Below, piece after piece: positions 29,101 through 37,679 of a stretch of 64,000 nucleotides of DNA (positions are counted from its first letter, which is position 1; every line of letters begins with the position of its first letter). The notes under the pieces are model-generated. The model did not search any database. It was not told the origin of the DNA and was given only the letters and a program-made list of their open reading frames with translations. This DNA comes from Octopus sinensis (taxonomy: Eukaryota). The translations under genes were made by a program, and so were the position numbers. Where the stretch lies: the NCBI RefSeq assembly GCF_006345805.1, contig NC_043004.1, positions 26,412,001-26,476,000 of the forward strand, written 5' to 3'.

Positions 29101-30938
29101 GTCGTTACATTCTGAGTTCAAATTCCGCCGAGGTCGACTTTGCCTTTCATCCTTTCGGGGTCGATAAATTAAGTACCAGTTTCGCACTGGGGTCGATGTA
29201 ATCGACTTAATCCCTTTGTCTGTCTTTGTTTGTCCCCTCTATGTTTAGCCCCTTGTGGGTAGTAAAGAAATATATATAGATTTGAATGTGATCTAAGACA
29301 CTAAATCGCCTATGCCACGCTTCAATAGAATTAATTGTACGTGCTTTAACATCAAGTGTGAACTCGTAAACATTCCATTCAGGTAATGATAATAATGGCT
29401 TTGAACGTTTTCCATTTTGTCTGATCATTTCATTTACGAAATCATTTACTATGTATTCAATGAACGGCGATGCATTTTCAGGTGCACTTTGTTTCAAGCA
29501 TTGCAGTCCTATTGGTACAACAGCAACAGGCAGAAAGGTCAAAGCGTTCTTTTCGACAGAATAAAAAAAAAAGTCTATAATCCTTATTACAAAGATTTAC
29601 AAGTCCCAATCGCCTGAATTTTTCTCCAAGTTGATTGGCAGAAATGGGAAAATCAAACACACAACAATGTCATCAAAAACACGTAAAAATGCATTTCGAT
29701 CTGCCAGTTCAAAATCTATGCCCACCCCTGTCATGTCATTTTCAATTCCGTGAGCTTCCATCCGCTCTACAAGAGCATACAACATTTTAACGTAAATTTG
29801 TTCCGATGCAAAATGCAAAAACAAGAGGATGTATTTCACCGTGGATTTCGGCATGAATTGTATATATTTGGTAAAAGATGTCGTAAAACAAACAAATCAT
29901 TAAACCAAAATAATCGTTAGGTGATAATTCTTTGTACGAAAAGGATTATTAGAGTATGGTTATTTAGATGTTTTTACATTTCTTTTTTTGAGATTCTATA
30001 GACAAAATAGTTATTAGACCAAAGTGAGTTTAGACAAAAATGTCTTTATACTTTAATATAAAGACATTTTTTGTCTAAACTCCCCTTCAGACAAGAATGT
30101 CTTTAGACTACAGTGTATTTATACAAAAGTCACTTTAGACCAAAGTTCTTTAGACTGTAGCACATTAGACCGAAGTGTTTGAGACGAAAAGTCCTAGATC
30201 CGTATGTATGTATGTATGTATGTATGTATGTATGTATGTATGTATGTATGTATGTATGTATGTATGTATGCATGTATCTATGTATGTATGACAACCTGGC
30301 CACTGGTGGTGGTGTAACACACCATACTAATCATATCTGTCGGGCATGTGGAAGAGAGTGTAATTCGGCAGGAGGACTTAAACGACATGCAAAGGTACAT
30401 GAAGCCCAGTTACAACTACAGCCGGCTATTACCGGTAAAGGTATTAGTTGCCAATTCTGTACAAGACATTGTAGATCTTTAGCTGGGTTAAAAAGTCACA
30501 TTCGATCACAGCACCAGTAACAGTTAAGCTTCGTGCAATGGCCATACTCGATAACGAGGGGGCAGCCATAATAATAATGTATGTATGTATGTATGTATGT
30601 ATGTATGTATGTATGTATGTATGTATGTATGTATGTATGTATGTATGTATGCATGTATGTATATAGAATTGAGGTTTATTCCAGGTCTGCCTCCGTCTCC
30701 AGTGTCTTTGCAACAAACCACAGTCAATAATGAAGAACACAAAACTGTTTCGCTTTCCGCCTAATGAAAGGTTGTGGCTAGATCACACCTATCAACCACC
30801 TATACAAGGAAAAAAGTAATATAAAGCTAAAGGTATCTAAATATGTGAGTGGTATACTTTGTTGCTGCTTCAACCACCATAGTCCTTGACACTGCGTGAA
30901 AAAGAAACCTCCCAACACCCAAACATATGCTGCTGCTG

Positions 30939-31002
<64 letters not shown>

Positions 31003-33024
31003 ATAAAAATATCTCCCCCGCTCAGTCCACACAAGCATAAGGATCACACTTGAAAGTAAATGCAACATCAATAGCTTCACTGGCCGCAACCAGTGGGCTG
31101 AGATATGCACACTAGTATTTATAAATGTAGTGAAATAGCAGCTGTTTCACTCCTGTCGTATCCCCCGTGCACATCTGCTACAATGACCATCACAATATCC
31201 AGTTGCACAGAAAAAGCTAGAAGGTGCGATATTTCCATAATATCAGTTAAACTGCACGCCATACGATCAGTCATAGCATGTCAGAGCGTATAGCAAGATG
31301 GTGGCCTGCTATATCTGGAACAACGGGTGTGTGTGCATCTGTCACGTTCTGTCGTTTGTCCAGCTTACACATCAGCCATACATCTACTTGAGTAGAGCTG
31401 ATCTGGTGAGATGGGAGTTACACAATATCAACAACGAAAACAAAAATAACACATTTGTCACGCGTCACTGAGATTGTTGTAACGTGGTCGTTCTACCTGC
31501 TATAAAGAGTAATGACAGTTTTCACAAATCACACCAAACATCTTGCAAAAAGAAGGATACATTTGAAAACAATTCCACATAGAATTGTCTGAAACATCTT
31601 CAGCCTTGGGATTGTTGAATCATGACTGGGCTAAACAGCAATTACAGCAACTTAATTACTTTGAGTATGAATAAAACATGTAGTATAGGTGTATAAGTAT
31701 AATCGACTAAATCGAACAATGTATATTTGTAGCAGTTATTTTAAGGCTTCTGGGAGGTGATATGAAATATGTAATCCAGAGAGGATTTGAACAACTTCCC
31801 AAACAATAATTTTAGTTGAACACTTTAAAAGCTGCACACTCCTTACCAATCCAAATCATTATAGAATATTTAACCTAATTGTTGGTGTATATATCGGTAT
31901 ATAACAATAGAAAATAGGGAGTAATGTTTCATGAAAACTGCTTGGTTGGTTATTTATCCATCATGGAAAGACCAGCCAAAAATATGTCGACTTTACTTGA
32001 TCCTGTAACAACATAAACAGTAGAAATAAAAATGATTTTCCAACCGTTTCACGTGAAAGAGGACGGTCATTAATTTACCATGTCAACGGACTATTATAAT
32101 AGTTTCTAGCATTGACATGAATTAACCCTTTTCGATGAAGATGGTTTAATAGTATTTAGTCCTTCCTTGGCACGTTAGTTTATCAACCATAAATGGCGGA
32201 AATGCAAAACCATTCTCGGCTGGACCTGAAATTAGAACGTCACAAAAATACCAAGATTCTCCGATACTCTGCCAATCCACCGCCATAGTGATTATCATTG
32301 ATAAAATTAATAAGTGTAAGAAATTAGTACATGGTACAAAATATTAATTATTGTAAGCAACTTGTACACTATACAAGATACGATTCTGTAATTTATTGAT
32401 TCCAAACTAGCCTGTGTTTCGATATTACAAGTACCAGTAATAAACTAATATCCTATCAATCTGCCGCAAAATTTCCCTGACAAAACTGTGACTTGAAAAA
32501 GTATTTTTTCAGAATCTTCTGAAAAGGGCTCTTCTAATTTAGGGTACCTAGATTTGATCCGTCTCCCAATATAGTACATCCACCAGTCCTTTTGCCATAC
32601 TCTACTGTGTTCGATCTGAAATTACCCCCATACACTTATCAGCTACAAAAGTCTTGAAAAATGTCTCGTTTTCCTCTTTTCTTTCACCAAGCCACTGAAA
32701 AAATAACATGTATCACAACTGATCAATAGGTAAAAATTTTTTATGCAAGTTTAATTCCTGAATGAAATTTCTTCTTTCACATTTTCACCAAAACTATTCT
32801 TGGTTGCTACATCAATGCCACGCTCAATAAATTTCTGCTTTTCTGTCATGCACATACATTTCTCTCATTCATTTTCTCATCCATAGGAATTCATATTTAT
32901 GCAGAAATATTTGAACTATTTTCAATATTTACCTATATATTTTCAGTTTGCTGTTTACATGTGCTTGCCGGACGAAGATGTTTTCCAAAGAGTTGCTCCG
33001 ACGAAAGGAAGAGATATAGCTTAA
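2018..33024 (+). CDS. Pif/BMSP-like secreted protein, 648 aa: signal peptide, vWA, Thr-rich linker, ChtBD2/Cys-rich modules, LamG-like domain. Join 2018-2102, 3445-3743, 7244-7499, 9968-10120, 13236-13427, 16307-16507, 17409-17567, 17952-18304, 19218-19308, 23192-23271, 32947-33024
   Basis: Exons read by hand. All acceptors are pyrimidine tract plus AG, 9 of 10 donors are GT, phases are consistent (1,0,1,1,1,1,1,0,1,0) and the total is 1947 nt = 649 codons. Domain order matches molluscan Pif/BMSP family proteins. Confidence 0.88.
3445..3743 (+). CDS. Coding exon 2: vWA N-terminal half
   Basis: CNQPVDVVILLDGSDS (MIDAS DxSxS) and GTDTAAGI; acceptor TTTCAG, donor GAG|GTAAGT. Confidence 0.95.
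3803..3893 (+). mobile_element. SINE family A, 5' head only
   Basis: tRNA-like head GGCGCAGGCGTGGCTGTGTGGTAAG...GGTTCAGTCCC plus the CORE-like ACCTTGGACAAGTG, matching the full copies elsewhere in the window. Confidence 0.85.
3910..5985 (+). mobile_element. Penelope-like (Neptune-type) 5'-truncated insertion: GIY-YIG fragment at about 4255-4560 flanked by inverted repeats at 3910-4255 and 5670-5985
   Basis: Translation YFGYTENFVKCRIANHETTFKN...STSLSKFIWKLKD...WEIISHAKSYN...RCDLC...LLNSRQE. The two AT-rich flanks are reverse complements over about 300 bp. Confidence 0.75.
4857..5230 (-). mobile_element. Non-autonomous Helitron
   Basis: On the minus strand: 5' TC...TATATATAAAC and 3' CCCGAGCAACGCCGGG hairpin then CTAG, in an A|T site. 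It shares about 70 terminal bp with the copy at 11350. Confidence 0.8.
6100..6380 (+). mobile_element. SINE family A, 3' body with (TG)n
   Basis: TAGCGGTTCGGCAAAA...GGGGTCG...CATGGCCGCAGTCAAATGACTGAAACAAGTAAA tail shared with the full copies. Confidence 0.75.
7244..7499 (+). CDS. Coding exon 3: vWA C-terminal half
   Basis: AESRPNAARVAIVITDGRS...MLTVGVG...LLCK; acceptor TTGCAG, donor A|GTAAGT. Confidence 0.95.
7880..8707 (+). mobile_element. Tc1/mariner element, maT/DD37D-like, internally deleted
   Basis: TIRs CAGGGTGTTCGTGTTAAATCTGA and the reverse complement of CAGGCTGTTCGGGCTAAATTTGA, with TA on the right. Translation DVMPHHNFEQGLKFNS...QQASSPCHTS...FW.PN.SPDCNPMGYYMWG. Confidence 0.8.
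8756..9036 (+). pseudogene. 28S rRNA-derived fragment (D3 expansion segment and flanking core)
   Basis: GGACCTGAAAGATGGCGA...GAAGCCAGAGGAAACT...CTGACGTGCAAATCGATCGT matches the conserved LSU core after D3 and follows a very GC-rich stretch. Substitutions and the absence of the rest of the rDNA indicate a non-functional copy. Confidence 0.85.
9968..10120 (+). CDS. Coding exon 4: Thr/Ser-rich mucin-like linker
   Basis: IVTTTLPSTTTLTSITANTTKSSAATSVTTKKKE...SNLQ; TTTTCAG acceptor, A|GTAAGT donor, 153 nt, phase 1-1. Confidence 0.85.
11350..11862 (+). mobile_element. Non-autonomous Helitron
   Basis: A|TC TATATATAT 5' end; CCCGAGCAACGCCGGG hairpin (11835-11850) then CTAG|T 3' end. Confidence 0.85.
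13236..13427 (+). CDS. Coding exon 5: chitin-binding type-2 (peritrophin-A) domain
   Basis: CKGC...GYSSHPNDCTKYVQC...IMSCPFGTYWDQDKITC...VNC; TACAG acceptor, G|GTAAGA donor, 192 nt. Confidence 0.93.
13721..14110 (+). mobile_element. SINE family A, near full length (tRNA head, CORE-like block, TG tract, tail)
   Basis: GTGTGGTAAGTAGCTTGCTTACC...GGTTCAGTCCC...ACCTTGGGCAAGT...AATGACTAAAATAAGTAAAAGAATAAAAG. Confidence 0.9.
14515..15790 (+). mobile_element. RTE (BovB-like) LINE 5' UTR and start of the APE endonuclease, with (TTC)n at about 15090-15200
   Basis: GAWNIRTLMDNQNCDRPERRTALVDRELQRYSIDVAALSETRLADTGEITEAGVGYTFFWS...EAGVGFAI at about 15560-15790. Confidence 0.88.
16307..16507 (+). CDS. Coding exon 6: Cys-rich (chitin-binding-like) module; 3' boundary uncertain, probable GC donor
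   Basis: DACLVT...HCAGYWSCHYGRAEAKCCQRNHRYVQGKGCQPDGSCNQLCP; TTACAG acceptor. The best phase-1 donor is T|GCAAGC at 16508. Confidence 0.8.
16842..17075 (-). mobile_element. maT-like element 3' fragment, same family as 7880-8707
   Basis: TA then CAGGGATTTCGGGCTAAAT TIR; internal sequence is the reverse complement of the 8500-8610 region. Confidence 0.75.
17409..17567 (+). CDS. Coding exon 7: partial ChtBD2-like module
   Basis: ECELLTDEDNPSSYIQIVPGIGPISRPCAPGSAFDKSMCSC; TTTTATAG acceptor, G|GTAAGA donor, 159 nt. Confidence 0.9.
17952..18304 (+). CDS. Coding exon 8: LamG/ConA-like domain, N-terminal part
   Basis: CKPSVSYNFNEDFADQSGNN...INIWRFANVEFGEKLLLKLRF...QPIVTNC...GPSIAI; CCCAG acceptor, CAG|GTTTGT donor. 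Confidence 0.92.
18345..18880 (+). mobile_element. RTE-related non-autonomous element (RTE-like 5' UTR joined to RTE 3' end)
   Basis: 5' part resembles 14520-14655 (CATGGTCGGCGACTAAAC...GTCAACGGCCAT). The 3' AAGCTTCGTGCAATGGCCATACTCGATAACGAGGGG is shared with the RTE 3' end at about 30525-30562. Confidence 0.7.
19218..19308 (+). CDS. Coding exon 9: LamG-like domain
   Basis: VPGFNNVTMVYDGQHVIAKVNG; CTGCAG acceptor, G|GTTAGT donor. Confidence 0.9.
20419..20639 (-). mobile_element. SINE family B, full length
   Basis: Reverse complement of GAGCTGGC...GAGTTCAAATTCC...GCCTTTCATCCTTTCGGGGTCGATAAATTAAGTACC. Flanking direct repeat CCTCTTACCTATTT at 20405-20418 and 20640-20653. Confidence 0.92.
21081..21313 (+). 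mobile_element. SINE family B, full length
   Basis: tRNA-derived A/B boxes; target-site duplication GGTATCG(G/C)GAATCAAT at 21065-21080 and 21314-21329. Confidence 0.92.
21330..22300 (-). mobile_element. Penelope-like element fragment (GIY-YIG endonuclease region)
   Basis: Frameshifted minus-strand translation resembles IQC..CNAIY.G.TG...EHLSDIRLGNGSSVSKHF; purine-rich plus strand like the element at 46330-47420. Confidence 0.65.
23192..23271 (+). CDS. Coding exon 10: LamG-like domain
   Basis: GNIERRQAGLLIGDCDGQHSFHGEIDY; TTTTCAG acceptor, TAC|GTACGT donor. Confidence 0.88.
23495..24390. repeat. (TATC)n-derived degenerate minisatellite punctuated by (C/A)GCAAACTG / CCAAACTG motifs
   Basis: Directly visible: many CAAACT-type motifs roughly every 30-45 bp around a pure (CTAT)n core at about 23920-24005. 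Confidence 0.85.
26200..26460 (-). mobile_element. RTE LINE 3' end fragment (C-terminal zinc finger)
   Basis: Minus translation SVSCPQCGQSCKL*AGLKSHWRQKH, similar to the RTE C-terminus at 30300-30520. Confidence 0.6.
26878..27156. repeat. Two near-identical ~120 bp direct repeats, about 158 bp apart
   Basis: AAGTTCACTGGAATTTTTCTCGATAG...TTTGAATTGTAGCT at 26878-26999 and 27036-27156. Confidence 0.9.
27440..27735 (-). mobile_element. Non-LTR retrotransposon RT fragment (R4/Dong-like, RLE type)
   Basis: ENGIFQGG.PSVMLFLFALNPL...IHKFFVDDLKI...NIGMKF corresponds to RT motifs GIFQGD and (L/F)xDDLK. Confidence 0.7.
28362..28780 (+). mobile_element. SINE family A, 5'-truncated, nested in the MULE
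   Basis: Matches the family A body and tail. Confidence 0.88.
29041..29272 (+). mobile_element. SINE family B, nested in the MULE
   Basis: Full copy with TSD TATATAGATTTGAATGT at 29021-29037 and 29273-29289. Confidence 0.92.
30290..30577 (+). mobile_element. RTE LINE 3' end (two C2H2-like fingers, 3' UTR, short TAA tail)
   Basis: HICRACGRECNSAGGLKRHAKVH...SCQFCTRHCRSLAGLKSHIRSQHQ*, followed by GCCATAATAATAAT; embedded in (TATG)n. Confidence 0.75.
32947..33024 (+). CDS. Coding exon 11 (terminal): FAVYMCLPDEDVFQRVAPTKGRDIA*
   Basis: TTTTCAG acceptor in phase 0. FAVYMCLP supplies the last LamG strand and the closing Cys expected after GEID. TAA at 33022-33024. Confidence 0.8.
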   Translation, partial: FAVYMCLPDEDVFQRVAPTKGRDIA

Positions 33025-33028
33025 TAAA
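33023..33028 (+). promoter_or_regulatory. AATAAA polyadenylation signal overlapping the stop codon
   Basis: Sequence GCT TAA TAAA; use as the real signal is not shown by sequence alone. Confidence 0.45.
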
Positions 33029-33304
33029 ACTACCTATAACAAACACAAATGCATACATTTTTACCTCTCTCTCTTAGTCTGTCCTTTTCTCTCATGCGCT
33101 CAAGCACACATACTTGCATACAAAACATACATGCATGTACACATATATGCATGCATGTATACATATAGACATAGATATACACATTACACACGTGTGTGTA
33201 TATATACAATCATGCACATATATATATGTATGTATGTATGTAGGTATGTATGTATGTATGTATGTATGTATGTATGTATGTGTATATATGTATATATATA
33301 TATG

Positions 33305-33335
<31 letters not shown>

Positions 33336-33529
33336 TTTGTTAGTCGGTTAGTTAGTAAGTTAGTTAGTTAGGTAAATATGTATCCATATATACTTATTTA
33401 TGGATATATACATTGAGATACATATGCGTGTGTATGTGTATGTGTGCGTGGATGTGTGTGTCTGTGTCCGAGCATGAGTATATATATATGGATGTATATG
33501 TGTACGTGCACGTATGTGTACGTATGGCT

Positions 33530-33599
33530 ACATATATATATATATATATATATTATATATTATATATATATATATTATATATATATATATATATAATAT

Positions 33600-33669
<70 letters not shown>

Positions 33670-33695
33670 ATATATATGTATAATATATATATATA
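33530..33695. repeat. (TA)n microsatellite
   Basis: Directly visible; similar arrays at about 40390-40460, 58605-58788 and 63890-63950. Confidence 0.95.
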
Positions 33696-34422
33696 CTTTT
33701 TTGTACTAGGAAAAGGCAGACACTAGCTTCGTGGTTTCAATTTCCTAGCCGCCTGATAACGGCTAAGCCGAAACTGCGAAGTTATTGTGAAAAACTCTTC
33801 CTTTTAAAGCTAAATAAATATTGAGGGGTCCTTCAGTTTAATATTGAATTGTTTTTATATATAACTTCGCAAACAACATCAAACATAATTATATATAGAG
33901 GTGTGCGTGTATACAGTGTAAAAGTGCTACATGTAACGATTTAATAAGAACTCAATATTATATTTTACAATCCAAGCATACGAGCAATGCAGCTAGGAAG
34001 ATGTTCAGGCTACATACACGTAGTTCCAAGACTTCTACTCATTGGTTGCAATGTTCAAAGAATACAGATCCATAGCTAATATGAGAAAGAAATGGGTATC
34101 AAAAGTTCCTTATCTTTACAATTGTTTCTGTACCAAATATTTACTAATTCATCCGAAGACACAAATATTAAATAAATTGTCAGCAAGTATTTCTTAGTTT
34201 AAGAATATATATACAGTAACTGTTAACAAAAGAAAAATAAAGAAAAACGAAATAAACAGTATCATAAAAATATAAAAGCCAGTGTATCTATTAACACGGT
34301 TGTAATAGTTTCAGAATTGAAAAAAAAAAAAAACCATTAGCGCTTACTTAAAGTACTAAATTTACATACATACATATATGTTAAAAACTAATCGTACATG
34401 TACACATATCTTCACATAGCCC

Positions 34423-34538
<116 letters not shown>

Positions 34539-34788
34539 GAATAATACTTGTACCATTATATTCAACATAAATATGTTTTGCATTTTGCAACTATTGTGAA
34601 AATAATCACGAACGAGCTCATTTTCATTAGTATACAATGAAACTCAAAAAAAGTCAAATATACGTACACAGTCCTAACTACGAAAAATAACAAAAATAAA
34701 AATATATTAGTGAACTATAGTATCACGTCCACATGACAAATTTTATGTAAGTAATATACCCTTAGTGGTACTATCAAATTGCCTTATC

Positions 34789-35208
34789 GGATCTTTTCGG
34801 TTTGAACGGCAGTTTTTCTAGCGGTGTCATATGAAATTGTCACCCATAATTATGACCCTAGAATCGATCTATTGCATTTCAATCTCTTTTAGGGTTAGGG
34901 TTGGTTAGGAGTGGGGGGAAGGGTATCCTTTTTTCTTCACAAATGTAAATAAACCCAATCTGTTTCTTAAACAAGGGACATATTCATACGGCACAGAATG
35001 TTTTTTACCCCAATAGACGTCAGTAATTGGTTGAAATTGTAGAAACTGAAGAAAAAACAACAACAAATATCTTACAAACTATAGAATTTTCTCATTAAAG
35101 CCAAGAGAAAAAGATGTTTTATAAACACATTCTACCAGTATACGAAGTTTAAAATTTTTAGTTACCTAGAAATTATGTTAAAAACTGCCGTTCAAACCGA
35201 AAAGATCC
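34789..35208. mobile_element. MITE (MULE-like, GG..CC ends, 29 bp TIR, 8 bp TSD), copy 1
   Basis: GGATCTTTTCGGTTTGAACGGCAGTTTTT / AAAAACTGCCGTTCAAACCGAAAAGATCC; flanks GCCTTATC and GCATTATC. Confidence 0.9.
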
Positions 35209-35631
35209 GCATTATCTTTTAAGAATAATTTCAGTATTATTAAAGTAGTTATTGTGAGAAATCTTAGGTATTAAAAATTTGGCTCAGAGGCTATTCTAAA
35301 TATCTTAAGTTCACAGTATGAGGGTGGTAAGTTTGGTAGCAATTATAGTTATGCATAAATATTTAAACGTTTACAATATTTTATGGCTCAAATGACTTAA
35401 ATGTTGATTCAGTCTACTCAAAATAGTAAGATTTGCATAACTTCCTGTTCACAAACGATATGTACGCCTTTCACCTCCAATTTACTTTCCCTGAGATTAA
35501 AACATAATAAAGTTTTGATGTGATGGCCTCCGCTTTGAATTTCTGTAAGTATTTTGTCCGTGATGCCAAATGTTTTAATTAGAGATTAGAGAATGAGTGC
35601 TTGTGCGGGGATACCTATTTAGAAAGGGTTG

Positions 35632-36048
35632 GGATCTTTTCGGTTTAAACTGCAGTTTTTTCTAGCGGTGTCATATGAAATTGTCACCCATAATTATGAC
35701 CCTAGAATCGATCTATTGCATTTCAATCTCTTTTAGGGTTAGGGTTAGGAGTGGGGGAAGGGTATCTTTTTTTCTTCACAAATGTAAATAAACCCAATCT
35801 GTTTCTTAAACGAGTGACATATTCATACGGCATAGAATGTTTTTTTAACTCAATAGACGTCACTGATTGGTTGAAATTGCAGAAATTGAAGAAAAAAAAC
35901 AACAAATATCTTACAAACTATAGAATTTTCTCAATAAAGCCAAGAGAAAAAGATGTTTTTTAAACACATTCTACCAGTATACGAAGTTTAAAATTTTTTA
36001 GTTACCTAGAAATTATGTTAAAAACTGCCGTTCAAACGGAAACGATCC
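35632..36048. mobile_element. MITE, same family, copy 2
   Basis: Same TIRs and interior; perfect TSD AAGGGTTG on both sides. Confidence 0.9.
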
Positions 36049-36843
36049 AAGGGTTGAAGGTGGATTTAATATATTACTTAATTCCATTATGGGTAGTGAT
36101 ATTACATCGATATGCAGCATTTGATGTGAGATAGTAGCTCCTACAGGGACATTGGAAATTTTATAATTACATATATTTTTTACTTATATTAGACACTATA
36201 TTTATTATATTTGCCATTATTTCTGCTTGTGTTTTATAATCGTTTATCATTATTAGTATTACTATTACTAGAATTTCTATTCTTGTTTGTTTTATGTATG
36301 TGTCATTATTCGACAAAGAAACCTGAGCAGAAAGTGTAATCTAACCAGTCGACTGCTAAATTTTTTTTTTCTATGTATTTAACTTAATATCCTACTATAT
36401 ATATTTATAGCAGATCAGCAGTCACCCTTGGCTTCTTTCTGCATTCATTTTCCACCTCTTGCAATAGATTCTCCTTTTCGAGAAAATTATATATTTTATC
36501 TATTAGGCCAGTTAATAAGCAAGTAATGTGTCTATAATTGCTAATTACCGCTCGTTTCTTTATCCTTCTGTTGTCTTTTTGTCATCCGTGTGTGGCGTTC
36601 CATTTTCTATGAAGTCATGAAGTAAAAAAAAACAAAAAAAAAACAGTCGTATCCAATTTATACGACCGTTTTCTTACTGTATACTTGGGAGATTCTTGAG
36701 CCAGTATCCCTAAACACCAAACTGCTATTTTCTTGATCATCGCTTTCACTTTCTAATCCGTAATTCAATTCTATATTTGAGAGATGAGGAATTATGTACA
36801 TTATTTACATTTGACGGATATTTGTTCTCAGCTTGCTTTTGTT

Positions 36844-36884
36844 AACGTTTCGGCTGATATACTCTCCAGCCTTCAGCAGGTGTT
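36844..36884 (-). ncRNA. Degenerate minimal hammerhead motif in the inverted copy
   Basis: AACAC-CTGCTGA-A-GGCTGGAGAGTATATCAGCC-GAAA-CGTT; A6 changed to C and the 3' strand of stem I is missing. Confidence 0.6.
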
Positions 36885-37633
36885 TTGGGGAAATTTCGAA
36901 CCTGGGTTCACATTCCTAAGGTATTTTTCGATGTTATTATTATTATTATTATTCAGGCCACTGCCTGGAATCGAACTCGGAATCTTGGTGTTAGTAGCCT
37001 GCGGTCTTAACCACTACGCCATATACTCGTGGGCAATTAAGGAGTGAATTTTAGGGCTTATAAATGTAATATTTTCCTATCCTTCCTTAATACCGGTTCC
37101 CATATACTACTCATATCTGCACTCGGAGGTTACTATGTCCTAGCATATGTGTGCTTCTTTTAGTTTCCGTATTTTCCAGTGGTGTTCTCTATTATTTTAA
37201 CTTCATTCGACAGGAGGAGGTGGTCTCCGTTTTTCCATACATGATCAGCTATACCCGATTTATCAATATCTCCTCGTGTCACAGCTTTACGATTTTCCTC
37301 TACCCTTATTGTGAGGGGGGGGGATGTTTCGCCTTTGTAATACCTATCACAGCTCCACGGCATATGGCATAGTGGCTAAGAGCGCAGGCTACTAACCCCA
37401 AGATTCGGAGTTCAATTCCAGGCAGCGACCTGAAGAAGACGACGACGAAGAAGAAGAAGAAGAAGAAGAAGAAGAAGAAGAAGAAGAAGAAGAAGAAGAA
37501 GAAGAAGAAGAAGAAGAAGAAGAAGAAGAAGAAGAAGAAGAAGAAGAAGAAGAAGAAGAAGAAGAAGAAGAAGAAGAAGAAGAAGATCGAAAAATACCTT
37601 AGGAATGAGAACCCAGGTTCGAAATTTCCCAAA

Positions 37634-37679
37634 GACACCTGATGAAGGCTGGAGAGTATATCAGCCGAAAGGTTGTGTT
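37634..37679 (+). ncRNA. Minimal type I hammerhead ribozyme motif, stem III mutated
   Basis: Stem I GACAC/GTGTT, core CTGATGA plus an extra A, stem II GGCTGG/TCAGCC, GAAA, then GGTT in place of the palindromic CGTT of the other copy. Confidence 0.7.

Larger units (their letters stand above)
28125..30201 (-). mobile_element. MULE/Mutator element with long TIRs made of ~15 bp tandem repeats; degraded transposase; two nested SINEs
   Basis: Termini GGATAC... / ...GATCC with 9 bp flanks GTATGCATG and GTATGTATG. Subterminal ACTTTGGTCTAAA-type repeats are inverted between the two ends. Minus translation IDFELADRNAFLRVF, FLPVAVV, EWNVYEFTL..KART.NSIEAWHRRF. Confidence 0.85.

Noticed and set aside
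37362-37432. Functional tRNA gene
   Set aside because: A and B boxes are present, but the anticodon and acceptor stems do not pair and the sequence is part of a repeated cassette. The same applies to the SINE heads at 13721, 21081, 39998 and 62975.
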